64,000 bases of DNA, from positions 21,722 to 85,721 of the forward strand of contig DAOQWY010000008.1 in the NCBI GenBank assembly GCA_035342335.1. The letters run 5' to 3'. Under the pieces are notes generated by a model. It did not search any database and was not told where the DNA came from. It was given only the letters and a program-made list of their open reading frames with translations. This stretch comes from Bacteroidales bacterium. Its GTDB lineage: Bacteria; Bacteroidota; Bacteroidia; Bacteroidales; JAGONC01. The stretch's first letter is position 1; every line of letters begins with the position of its first letter. A program made the translations under genes and the position numbers. Shown here in pieces: positions 10,461 through 19,283 of the stretch.

Positions 10461-12194
10461 TCATATAATGAGTTCCAATCCGTTATCCATAAGGGCACGG
10501 AACTCTTCATTTTTTATTTTGAATTGTTTCATGTGGTCATAGATATCTTCGGAAAGCTCCTGCAAAATTGGTTCTTTATGGCCTAGTTCATAAATCTCCA
10601 GGCAAAGCAGCCATTCGACTTCATTTAAATTCTTCATTTCATGCCAGACTCCCGGTAGCATCTCTAAACCTTCTCCTGATTCCCGGATATCCCTTACCTT
10701 CTGATAAAGGGCATGTACCTTCCTTGCTTCATCCGTGTGGATGATCTTGTGTGTTTTTTCAGTCGGTACGGGATAACGCAGTCCAAATGCATCCGGATCG
10801 GCTGGTCCTGAGAATGCCGATGTTATTTTCTCTCCGACTGCCATGTCGTAGCTGCCCCAGGCGGGATCAAATAAAACCTGGTCAAGATAGGTAACTTTGC
10901 ATTCTGTAAACGAGAACAGAATGTTATTACCATTCTTTTGCGTAATACCCTCCAGTTTTCCCTTAACGCGCACCCCTGACGTAAAATCCAGTGAGCAATG
11001 TTGGCCGGTGATGATCCCTAACCGCATCAGGTCATCTACCTGCATTACTTCAAGTGGCATGGAGGAAGCTTTTATTTTCCCGACCGGTGATCCAAATCCA
11101 TGGTTGTGATATTCTTTGCCGTGTCCCTCAAGTTGTTTGTTGTCGAACGCAAGAGCCGTGGGACCTGTGGTTTTGAAATATACCGGATCTGCTTGTTCCA
11201 CGATGACCTCGGTAAAGGTACCTGAGACCTGAAGGCCTGAACTGCAGACACAGGTGGCTGTATTGCCTGAGTTTATGGCCTGCCGGAGGCCGTACAATCC
11301 TCCTTTGCGGAGGGCCATCCCTTCGGCAAACTGATTCAGCACAAAGGTCAGGTGATCAAAATCGGGTGTGACAAACAGCTGAGGCTGCATGGTGGTAATG
11401 TCGAAATTGACATCTGCGGTTTCAACCGAGTAAGGTATCTTTCTGACGTGGTCTTGCAGGCAATTCTGGCTTTCACCGATAGAGGAAAGAAGTCCGGCAC
11501 CATAAATCCTTGGATTTTTAAGGTCACCCACCAGGCCGTATTCCACCGTCCACCAGTGAAGGTTGCGGATCCTGGCCATTTCGCTGGGTGTACCCAGGTT
11601 TTGTTCGATGTAAGTCAGTTCCCGTTCCGCCCTTTCAATCTCATCGGCGGGAGTGTAGGGGTCTGCTTTCAGGATGGAAAGGTGTCTGACCGCCCCATAA
11701 AGTTCATAATCCCTGGCCGAGGAGAATGCTTTGCTGCCGATCTCTCCGAATAAACGCAGGTATTCTGCATAATGGTCGTCCGCAATGATGGGTGCATGGC
11801 CTGCTGCTTCGTGGATGATATCCGGTGATGGAGTATAGTTGATCTGGTCGATGGGGCGGATATCGGCGGCTATCACCAGTACCTTGCAGGCCTGGAATTC
11901 CATAAAGGCAGAAGGGGGGATGAATCCGTCCACTGCCACGGCAGCCCAGCCGATCTCCTTCAGGATGCGGTTCATGCCGTACATGTGGGGGATTTGCTCA
12001 ATGCTGATTCCGGTTCTTCGCAGCCCATCAAGATAGGAGCCATGGGCTACACGGCTGAGGTAACGGACATTCCGGCGCATCACGTAACGCCAGACTGCGT
12101 GATCCTGAGCCGTATAGTCATTATAGGGTTGTTCGATCACCAGATCCAACAGGTGTCGGGGCAGCCGGTCGAGGATTTCATTGGATTCGTACAT
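10461..12194 (-). CDS. phhA: Aromatic amino acid hydroxylase (phenylalanine 4-monooxygenase, long form)
   Basis: YTPSPDIIHEAAGHAP iron ligands, WWTVEYGL, IYGAGLLSSIGE, DITTMQPQLFV. Start MYESNE at 12194. Confidence 0.9.
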   Translation of the reverse strand: MYESNEILDRLPRHLLDLVIEQPYNDYTAQDHAVWRYVMRRNVRYLSRVAHGSYLDGLRRTGISIEQIPHMYGMNRILKEIGWAAVAVDGFIPPSAFMEFQACKVLVIAADIRPIDQINYTPSPDIIHEAAGHAPIIADDHYAEYLRLFGEIGSKAFSSARDYELYGAVRHLSILKADPYTPADEIERAERELTYIEQNLGTPSEMARIRNLHWWTVEYGLVGDLKNPRIYGAGLLSSIGESQNCLQDHVRKIPYSVETADVNFDITTMQPQLFVTPDFDHLTFVLNQFAEGMALRKGGLYGLRQAINSGNTATCVCSSGLQVSGTFTEVIVEQADPVYFKTTGPTALAFDNKQLEGHGKEYHNHGFGSPVGKIKASSMPLEVMQVDDLMRLGIITGQHCSLDFTSGVRVKGKLEGITQKNGNNILFSFTECKVTYLDQVLFDPAWGSYDMAVGEKITSAFSGPADPDAFGLRYPVPTEKTHKIIHTDEARKVHALYQKVRDIRESGEGLEMLPGVWHEMKNLNEVEWLLCLEIYELGHKEPILQELSEDIYDHMKQFKIKNEEFRALMDNGLELII

Positions 12195-12327
12195 GGGGTA
12201 AAAGGTTACATGTTGCAAGTAAACCCGCAACCTGTATCCCGTAACAATAAACATAATAACTGTGGTTTTGTTCAGGTGAGCAGCATTTTCCCTTTCTCCA
12301 TGATCCTCAGATAGAACGATTGTTTCG

Positions 12328-12685
12328 TTATCGAACACTCCAGCGCGAATATTCCTCTCTATCAGACGGGGATGCATTGAGTTTTGCTGCCAGGATTTCA
12401 AGAAGAACAGGCCCTGACTCCTTCATCATTTCAACTTTCAGCCACGCTAATTTTTCTGCCTCCCTGAGATCCTTATGATAACCTGCCAGCTTTGTTGTCC
12501 GCTTCTTATGATGCAAAGAGTTTATATTCAACACGATACCTCCCCCCAATCGTAGTGTCGATGGATGAATTACGGATGATGTAGTGATCCTGGTTCATCA
12601 GAATGGCTGGTCTGTCAAGATGAATCTGTATCAGCGCTGCCCTGTCCGCGTGGCCGGCTGTCCCCAGGATCAGGTGACGGCTCAT
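12328..12685 (-). pseudogene. selB: Selenocysteine-specific elongation factor SelB relic (internal deletion plus frameshift)
   Basis: ATG at 12685 overlaps the selA stop. It reads MSRHLILGTAGH (start of the SelB G1 motif GTAGHxDHGKT), joined directly to ALIQIHLDRPAILMNQDHYIIRNSSIDTTIGG (domain III-like). A frameshift in a G6 run at 12542-12547 leads into GGGIVLNINSLHHKKR. Confidence 0.82.
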
Positions 12686-14097
12686 GGATAGAGGGAATGA
12701 TAGACCGGATTGATGATTTTTGCAACCAGGGCGATTTCGTGGTCAGGGATGGTCAGTACGTTGAAAAAGACGCGCCCCTGACGAAGGATGGCCAGAATGG
12801 GCAGGTCCTGAAGCAAAAGCCGGCGGTAAAATTGTTCAGCAAACTGGGTTCGTTCCCTGTTTGTTTTGTATGGACCCGTGATCCGAACGGCATAACCGGG
12901 AATTTCAGCATCCGGGAGCGATCCTCCTCCTGTCGAGGCCATATCGGGCATGACACTGGATTCGATGCTAAATTCAAGAAGAGCTTTCTGCAGTGAAATG
13001 GCTTTGTCGCGGAGCTGTTCGGGTGTTTCCCGCAACATCCGGAAAACAGGATTCGTCATCATCAGTTGGTCTTCATCGGGATAGTGCAGGCAGGTCGCTT
13101 CAAGGAAGGCAAGTGTGGTTTTCCCCACCCGCAAAGCCCTGGTCAGCGGATCCTTTTTCAGCCGGGCAATGAGCTCTTTCTTGCCGGCAATGATCCCTGC
13201 CTGCGGACCTCCAAGTAACTTATCACAGCTGAAACTGACCAGATCGGCTCCTTCTGCAAGGGTCTGCCGTACATCGGGCTCATCTTTTAAAAGTTGAACG
13301 CCGGTCTTGCGCAGCAACCCTGAACCCATATCGTAAACCACCGTTACGGAATATTTCTTCCCCAGTTCAACCAGTTCTCTCAACGATGGCTGGTCGGTGA
13401 ATCCCCTGATCACATAGTTGGATCGGTGTGCCTTCATCAGCAAAGCAGTTCTGGGTGTGATCGCCTGCTCATAATCTTCCAGCCGGGTCTTGTTCGTGGT
13501 CCCCACTTCGATCAGGCGGCAATCCGATGTTTTCATGATATCCGGCAACCGGAACGACCCACCGATCTCGATCAGCTCACCCCGGGAGACGATGACTTCT
13601 TTTTTCCGGGCCAGGGTGCGCAGGATCAGTAACACTGCCGCAGCATTATTGTTGACCACCAGAATATCCTCAGCACCGGTCAGATATCGTAAAATTCCTG
13701 TCACGTGGACATACCTGGAGCCCCGCTTCGCTTCAGCCAGGTCGAATTCGAGATTGCAATAACCGGTCAGGACATCTCTTACCTCATCCAGGATCTGTTC
13801 ACCGACAGGCGCCCGCCCGATGTTGGTGTGAATGATCACCCCGGTGGCATTGATCACCCGGCGAAGACTGTGCTGACTGACCTCATCCAGGGACTTAATA
13901 ATCATTTTATGAATTTCCTCCTGGGATGGAGCAGGCGAACCATTCCTGATCTGATCCCTGAAATGATCCAGGGTAGCGTGAATGGCATACAGGACCATTT
14001 CCCTTGAATGGATCTGAAGCAGGTTCTTTATTTCGTCGGAAGTGAGCAGGGTGCCCACGCCGGGAAGCTGTCTGAATGATCCCTCCACAGGGTTCAT
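12682..14097 (-). CDS. selA: L-seryl-tRNA(Sec) selenium transferase
   Basis: RRVINATGVIIHTNIGRAP, VNNNAAAVLL, SRGELIEIGGSFRLPD, EVGTTNKT, FSCDKLLGGPQAG with the PLP lysine. Start MNPVEG at 14097, downstream of the tRNA. Confidence 0.96.
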   Translation of the reverse strand: MNPVEGSFRQLPGVGTLLTSDEIKNLLQIHSREMVLYAIHATLDHFRDQIRNGSPAPSQEEIHKMIIKSLDEVSQHSLRRVINATGVIIHTNIGRAPVGEQILDEVRDVLTGYCNLEFDLAEAKRGSRYVHVTGILRYLTGAEDILVVNNNAAAVLLILRTLARKKEVIVSRGELIEIGGSFRLPDIMKTSDCRLIEVGTTNKTRLEDYEQAITPRTALLMKAHRSNYVIRGFTDQPSLRELVELGKKYSVTVVYDMGSGLLRKTGVQLLKDEPDVRQTLAEGADLVSFSCDKLLGGPQAGIIAGKKELIARLKKDPLTRALRVGKTTLAFLEATCLHYPDEDQLMMTNPVFRMLRETPEQLRDKAISLQKALLEFSIESSVMPDMASTGGGSLPDAEIPGYAVRITGPYKTNRERTQFAEQFYRRLLLQDLPILAILRQGRVFFNVLTIPDHEIALVAKIINPVYHSLYP

Positions 14098-14132
14098 GTT
14101 ACCATTCTTTGCGGGCACAGGTGGTCGTTTTG

Positions 14133-14224
14133 CAGAGAGGGCAGGGATCGAACCTGCCACAGCCGGTTTTATCCGCCTGTCATTGGTTTTGAAGACCAAC
14201 TGGAACACCAGTCCCGACCTCTCT
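14133..14224 (-). tRNA. selC: tRNA-Sec (anticodon UCA)
   Basis: Acceptor AGAGAGG/CCTCTCT with discriminator G; D arm GGGAC-TGGT-GTTCC; anticodon arm GTTGGT-CTTCAAA-ACCAAT; long variable arm ACAG.CGG-ATAAAA-CCG.CTGT; T arm GCAGG-TTCGATC-CCTGC. Directly upstream of selA. Confidence 0.93.
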
Positions 14225-14256
14225 AGTGATTTTGAACGGCCATGCCCTATTAATTA

Positions 14257-14264
14257 CAAATGTA
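14257..14264 (-). promoter_or_regulatory. Bacteroidota primary-sigma -7 element upstream of selC
   Basis: TACATTTG on the minus strand matches TAnnTTTG and lies about 33 bp before the tRNA 5' end. Confidence 0.55.
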
Positions 14265-14323
14265 CACAAAGAAATTCAAGTTTAATTGTCCGGGATTTTC
14301 TTTACCGGCTTATGACAGAGCAA

Positions 14324-15346
14324 TCACATTCTCTGCGCAGCAAAGTCCTTCGAGTAGTAATTCATAAAATATTCTGCTTTTTCCACCATATGAGCCGAAC
14401 CGACGAACAGTGGGCTTCGCTCGTGGATTTTTTCAGGCTTGATATCCAGGATTCGCCGGAATCCGTCGGACGCTTTTCCGCCTGCCTGCTCGGCCAGGAA
14501 GGCGATGGGAATGCATTCATATAACAGGCGAAGTTTTCCCTGTCGGTTTTTCTTGGTTCCGGGGTATAGATAGATCCCTCCGCGAATCAGGTTGCGGTGG
14601 AAGTCGGCGACCAGGGAGCCTATGTACCGTGTAGTGTAAGGTCTGTTCGATTCAGGATGGTCTTCCTGGCAATAGCGGAGGTACTCTTTGACTCCTTCCG
14701 GGAAATAGATATAATTCGCCTCATTGATGGAATAAATATTTCCCCCTTCAGGGATGCGCATGGTTTCCTCTGAAAGGATGAACAATCCAACCGTGGGATC
14801 ATAGGTGAATGCGTGAACCCCAATGCCGGTGGAGTATACCAGCATCGTTGATGAACCATAAATAACATACCCAGCGGCAATCAGGTCAGTGCCGGGTTGT
14901 AGAAAATCTTCTGTCGTACCTGGATTTCCAGCGGGTGAAATCCGGCGCCAAATGGAAAAGATGGTGCCAATGGAAACATTTACATCGATATTGGAGGAAC
15001 CATCCAGGGGATCCATGGCCACCACATACTTTCCTTTCCGGGAAAGCTCGGTGTCGAAGGTGATCAGCTCTTCATTTTCCTCGGATACAATAGCACAGCA
15101 CTGTCCCCCGCTGCGCAGCGCCCTCGTGAAATGCTTATTGGCAAATACATCCAGCTTCTTCTGCTCTTCCCCCTGCACATTGGTACTGCCCTCCAGTCCA
15201 AGTATATTGGCAAGCCCGGCACGGTTGATATCACGGTTGACAATTTTCGCTGCGATCCCGATATCATTGAGCAACCGCGATAGGTCACCTGTCGCTCCGG
15301 GAAAAGACTCCTGCTTTTCGTTGATGAACTCGATCAATGTTTTCAT
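14324..15346 (-). CDS. fbp: Class 1 fructose-1,6-bisphosphatase
   Basis: [44 protein letters not shown]. Confidence 0.96.
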   Translation of the reverse strand: MKTLIEFINEKQESFPGATGDLSRLLNDIGIAAKIVNRDINRAGLANILGLEGSTNVQGEEQKKLDVFANKHFTRALRSGGQCCAIVSEENEELITFDTELSRKGKYVVAMDPLDGSSNIDVNVSIGTIFSIWRRISPAGNPGTTEDFLQPGTDLIAAGYVIYGSSTMLVYSTGIGVHAFTYDPTVGLFILSEETMRIPEGGNIYSINEANYIYFPEGVKEYLRYCQEDHPESNRPYTTRYIGSLVADFHRNLIRGGIYLYPGTKKNRQGKLRLLYECIPIAFLAEQAGGKASDGFRRILDIKPEKIHERSPLFVGSAHMVEKAEYFMNYYSKDFAAQRM

Positions 15347-15395
15347 TGAGGACTGACTTTTCAATCAATTTTCTGCCTTTTTCCGCGTATGAACA

Positions 15396-15605
15396 TTATT
15401 TTTTCTTTGCACAGAACGTATTGCACTTGAAAACCGTGTAGAGGGGGCAATGACCAATGATACCTGTCACGAAGAAGATGATGGCAATGATCAGGAAGAC
15501 GATCCCCCATCCTCCCGTGATCACTTTGGTGAAGAAAAGAATTGCGAAAATGGCCGCGATCACGATTCTGATGATCCTGTCGGCCCATCCCATGTTTTTT
15601 TTCAT
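15396..15605 (-). CDS. DUF2892 (YgaP-like) small membrane protein
   Basis: MKKNMGWADRIIR...TGIIGHCPLY with two hydrophobic helices. Confidence 0.85.
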   Translation of the reverse strand: MKKNMGWADRIIRIVIAAIFAILFFTKVITGGWGIVFLIIAIIFFVTGIIGHCPLYTVFKCNTFCAKKK

Positions 15606-15742
15606 AGTAGTAGGTTTTAAATGACTGTAAACGATTGAACGAAGATATGAAATTATTTTTACAAGCACGATCCGGTTTACTCCTTAAAGGGAAACAATGA
15701 GTTTGGAATTTTAATGATTATCATTCGTTCATACCTCTAAAG

Positions 15743-17068
15743 TCAACAATAGAGGTTGATCATCCGTTCGAACAGTTCCTGCTTGCCACTGATCTGGCGG
15801 GGTTCTCCCTGGCTGCGTGCTATTTCCCGCAAATCCTCCAGTGTGAGGCGTCCGTCTTCAAACTCTTTCCCTTTGCCCGAATCAAAGGAAGCATACCGCT
15901 CCTGCCGGAGTTTCAAATAATCCGATTCTTTCAGGATCCTGTCGGCAAGGATGAGCGCTCTGGCAAAGGTATCCATGGCCGTGATATGGGCAACGAAGAT
16001 ATCTTCCAGGTCGGTGGAGTTGCGGCGCATCTTGGCGTCGAAATTGATACCCCCCGGTGCAAGGCCACCTGCCTGGAGTATGACCAGCATCGCTTCAACG
16101 GTTTCGTAGAGATTTACCGTAAACTGGTCGGTATCCCACCCGTTCTGGTTGTCGCCGCGGTTGGCGTCGATGCTGCCCAGAAGGCCTGCATCAGCTGCCA
16201 TCTGCAACTCGTGTTCAAAGGTATGGCCAGCCAGGGTGGCATGGTTCACCTCGATGTTCAGCTTGAAGTCCTTATCCAAACCATGATGCCGCAGGAAGCC
16301 GATAACCGTTTCCGCATCAAAATCATACTGGTGCTTGGTGGGTTCCATCGGTTTGGGCTCGATTAGGAAGGTACCTTTGAATCCTTTGCTGCGGGCATAG
16401 TCCCGTGCCATGGTGAGGAAACGGGCGAGGTGCTCTTTTTCCCGTTTTGTGTTCGTGTTGAGCAGGGATAGATATCCTTCGCGTCCTCCCCAGAATACGT
16501 AATTTTCCCCTCCAAGGGCGATGGTGGCATCCAGCGCATTCTTAACCTGGGAGCCTGCGTGGGCGACGGCCAAAAAGTCGGGATTGGTTGCTGCACCGTT
16601 CATGTAGCGCGGATTCCCGAAAACGTTTGCCGTTCCCCACAGCAGCCTGACACCCGAAACGCGCTGCTTTTCCCGTGCATATTCCACCATTTGTCCCAGC
16701 CGTTCTTCATTCTCAGCCACGGTCCCATCTCCTGTAAGGTCCGTATCATGAAAGCACCAGAACGGGATCCCTGCTTTGGTCATGAACTCAAAAGCGGCAT
16801 CCATCCGGTCGCGGTTGCGCTGCATCAGGGAAGGAGCAGCCTCCCAGGGAAATACTTTCGTGCCCTGACCGAATGGATCGTTGCCGGTGTTGCATAGGGT
16901 ATGCCAGTACGCCATTGAAAAACGAAGATGCTCCTTCAGGGTTTTACCGGCCACTGCCTGATTTTCGTCGTACCAGTGGAATGCCATGGGATTTTTTGAT
17001 GCAACTCCCTCGAAAATGATCTTTTTAATTCCGGGAAAATATTCTTTGTGCCCAGTCATTATATTCAT
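15743..17068 (-). CDS. xylA: Xylose isomerase
   Basis: [47 protein letters not shown]. Confidence 0.97.
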   Translation of the reverse strand: MNIMTGHKEYFPGIKKIIFEGVASKNPMAFHWYDENQAVAGKTLKEHLRFSMAYWHTLCNTGNDPFGQGTKVFPWEAAPSLMQRNRDRMDAAFEFMTKAGIPFWCFHDTDLTGDGTVAENEERLGQMVEYAREKQRVSGVRLLWGTANVFGNPRYMNGAATNPDFLAVAHAGSQVKNALDATIALGGENYVFWGGREGYLSLLNTNTKREKEHLARFLTMARDYARSKGFKGTFLIEPKPMEPTKHQYDFDAETVIGFLRHHGLDKDFKLNIEVNHATLAGHTFEHELQMAADAGLLGSIDANRGDNQNGWDTDQFTVNLYETVEAMLVILQAGGLAPGGINFDAKMRRNSTDLEDIFVAHITAMDTFARALILADRILKESDYLKLRQERYASFDSGKGKEFEDGRLTLEDLREIARSQGEPRQISGKQELFERMINLYC

Positions 17069-17101
17069 AATTATTTGATCTATATATATTAATTTTATGT
17101 A

Positions 17102-18589
17102 TTATACCGTGATCAGATCAGGAGGTAAATGATTTTTCCAGTTATTGTAGGCCTGTTCAAGGGTATCTTTCTTTCTGGATGGAGTGATTTGGAACAACCT
17201 GTTCATTTTTCTGAAAACAACCTCTGTATTTTCAACAAATCCTGCTCCGACCGCGGCTCCCATGGCAGCACCCAATGCCCCGTCGGTGTCGAAAAGATGG
17301 ACCGGGATGCCCGAAACATCAGCAAGTGCCTGCCTGAAAACGCTACTCAGAAACATATTGGCAAATCCTGCCCTGATCGCGGATGGTCGTAGCCCCAATT
17401 CTCCCATGACCTCCAGGCCATAGTTCAGGGCGAATGCAATCCCTTCCTGTGACGCCCTGAAAAGATGTGCGGGCGTATGAAGGTTGAAGTTGATCCCGTG
17501 GATACTGCAACCGATATCGTGGTTTTGAAGTACCCGTTCGGCTCCATTCCCAAAGGGAAAGACCAGCAAGCCGTCGGAACCTTCAGGGATCAGCGCAGCC
17601 CGGGCGTTCATGGCCTCATAGTCCAATCCGGATGCGATGTTTTTTTTGATCCACGAATTGAGTATCCCGGTTCCGTTGATGCACAGCAGGACGCCCAGTC
17701 TTGGCCTATCTGGCCGGTGGTTGACGTGGGCGAATGTGTTGATCCGTGAAAGCGGATCGGAGATCAGCCGGTCGGTCACAGCGTACACAACCCCGGATGT
17801 GCCAGCCGTTGCAGCGACTTCACCCGGTTGGAGGACATTCAGCGAAAAGGCATTGTTCGGCTGGTCACCGGCACGGTAGGTCACCGGAATGCCGGGCTTC
17901 AGACCAAGGTTCCGGGCAAGGACAGGCAGCAGGTTACCCTGCTGGCCAAAGGTGGGTGCGACGGAGGGGAGCAGTTCCCTTTGAATTCCCGTTTTTTTGA
18001 GAAGCTCGTCAGAGATGCTTTCCTTTTTAAAATCCCAGAAGATTCCTTCTGACAATCCTGGGACGGTCGTATTCATCAGGCCGGTCAGCTTAAAGGCAAG
18101 GTAATCGCCCGGCAACATGATGCGGTGAATTCTGCGGAAAAGGTCAGGTTCATTCACCATCACCCAAAGGAGCTTCGAAGCCGTGAAATTTCCAGGTGAA
18201 TTGAGAAGATGCATTCTGCAATACTCATTTCCAAGCTGTTCAGCGATCCGGTTGCCGGTATCCACCGCCCGGCTGTCGCACCAGATGATGGAAGGTCTCA
18301 GCGGTGCGCCTGCTTCGTCCAGACAAACAAGCCCGTGCATCTGATAGGTGATGCCGATGGCTCTGATCCCTTTGGCTTCGTTCCCTGCCTGCAGAATGAC
18401 GTGACGGATGGCTGCTTTGGCATGCTCCAACCAGGATTCAGGGGATTGTTCTGCCCACCCTTTCTGTGGAGCAATGATCGGCATCTCCTGATCAGGTGTC
18501 TGTGACCTGGCAAGGCACACACCCGATTCAACATCGTAAATGGCTGCCTTGATGAACGAACTTCCAATATCAAGTCCCAGTGTTTTCAT
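17102..18589 (-). CDS. xylB: Xylulokinase (FGGY kinase)
   Basis: LGLDIGSS, YQMHGLV, IIWCDSRA, RAGDQPNNA; adjacent to xylA. Confidence 0.92.
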   Translation of the reverse strand: MKTLGLDIGSSFIKAAIYDVESGVCLARSQTPDQEMPIIAPQKGWAEQSPESWLEHAKAAIRHVILQAGNEAKGIRAIGITYQMHGLVCLDEAGAPLRPSIIWCDSRAVDTGNRIAEQLGNEYCRMHLLNSPGNFTASKLLWVMVNEPDLFRRIHRIMLPGDYLAFKLTGLMNTTVPGLSEGIFWDFKKESISDELLKKTGIQRELLPSVAPTFGQQGNLLPVLARNLGLKPGIPVTYRAGDQPNNAFSLNVLQPGEVAATAGTSGVVYAVTDRLISDPLSRINTFAHVNHRPDRPRLGVLLCINGTGILNSWIKKNIASGLDYEAMNARAALIPEGSDGLLVFPFGNGAERVLQNHDIGCSIHGINFNLHTPAHLFRASQEGIAFALNYGLEVMGELGLRPSAIRAGFANMFLSSVFRQALADVSGIPVHLFDTDGALGAAMGAAVGAGFVENTEVVFRKMNRLFQITPSRKKDTLEQAYNNWKNHLPPDLITV

Positions 18590-18590
18590 T

Positions 18591-18926
18591 TCAGTCCCAT
18601 ACGTACTTCCACGTTCCGTCGTATTGCCGTTATCAGATCGTCATATATACCCCTTTATATTCACTGATTCTTCCTGTCGAATCCTTTATCTGCCAGAGGT
18701 ATTTTCCGTAGCTGTATCCCAGATCCCCAGTTGCCGATACCTCAATGAAGTCGGGCTCCCAGTCAACGATTGCCTGCCGGTAAACTGGATGGTCATAAAA
18801 TTGATGTTCGGTTTGGCGAATCTCTTCCTTGTAATTTCCGGTGGAATTCATTTCAGTCTTTTGATTACAGGAAACCATTACCAATAGGAGGAAAACCAAT
18901 GATAACAGTTGAATGAGGTTTTTCAT
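18591..18926 (-). pseudogene. DUF4440/SnoaL-like (NTF2) lipoprotein pseudogene
   Basis: Lipoprotein signal, GDLGYSYGKY, GVYMTI, then TGA TAA, then the in-frame family tail RQYDGTWKYVWD-stop. The N-terminal half of the domain also looks internally shortened. Confidence 0.75.
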
Positions 18927-18938
18927 GAATTTTTTATT

Positions 18939-19187
18939 TCATAACCACTTATTCACTTCATCTTTATTGAAATATTCCGGATCGAACTCATCCCCCAGCC
19001 ACTCGAGATTGCTTTCATATTCCTCATGATCAGGCTGTTTAAGAATCTCCAGCATTTCTGCATAACCCCATACGCCTCCGCAGTCTTCCGGAGGACATTT
19101 CATTTCACCCACAACCGCCTCCAGACCTTTGGCTTGGAGCCCCTTAAGGCAATCTGAATCTGATAAATAGTTGTTGTCATGTTTCAA
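18939..19187 (-). pseudogene. pRiA4b ORF-3 family C-terminal fragment
   Basis: GEMKCPPEDCGGVWGY...EWLGDEFDPEYFN motif; only 82 aa, N-terminal part absent. Confidence 0.7.
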
Positions 19188-19283
19188 AAGATAGGATTAA
19201 GGTTTTACCGGGGAGTTGACTTGATGACCCAACTGAACTTTTTCTCTTACACGGTAAAGTTACATTTATTTTTGTAATTTAGT

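Noticed and set aside
12195..12401. N-terminal extension of phhA
   Set aside because: It runs through a heptamer repeat tract and the selB relic region. The hydroxylase sequence starts at MYESNE.
14098..14208. N-terminal extension of the selA ORF in the ORF track
   Set aside because: It overlaps tRNA-Sec on the same strand. SelA-like sequence begins at MNPVEG (14097).
18630..18635. In-frame TGA in the DUF4440-like gene as a possible selenocysteine or Trp readthrough codon
   Set aside because: It is immediately followed by TAA and falls at a Trp position, not a Cys position. Many genes in the window end in TGA, so the standard code applies.
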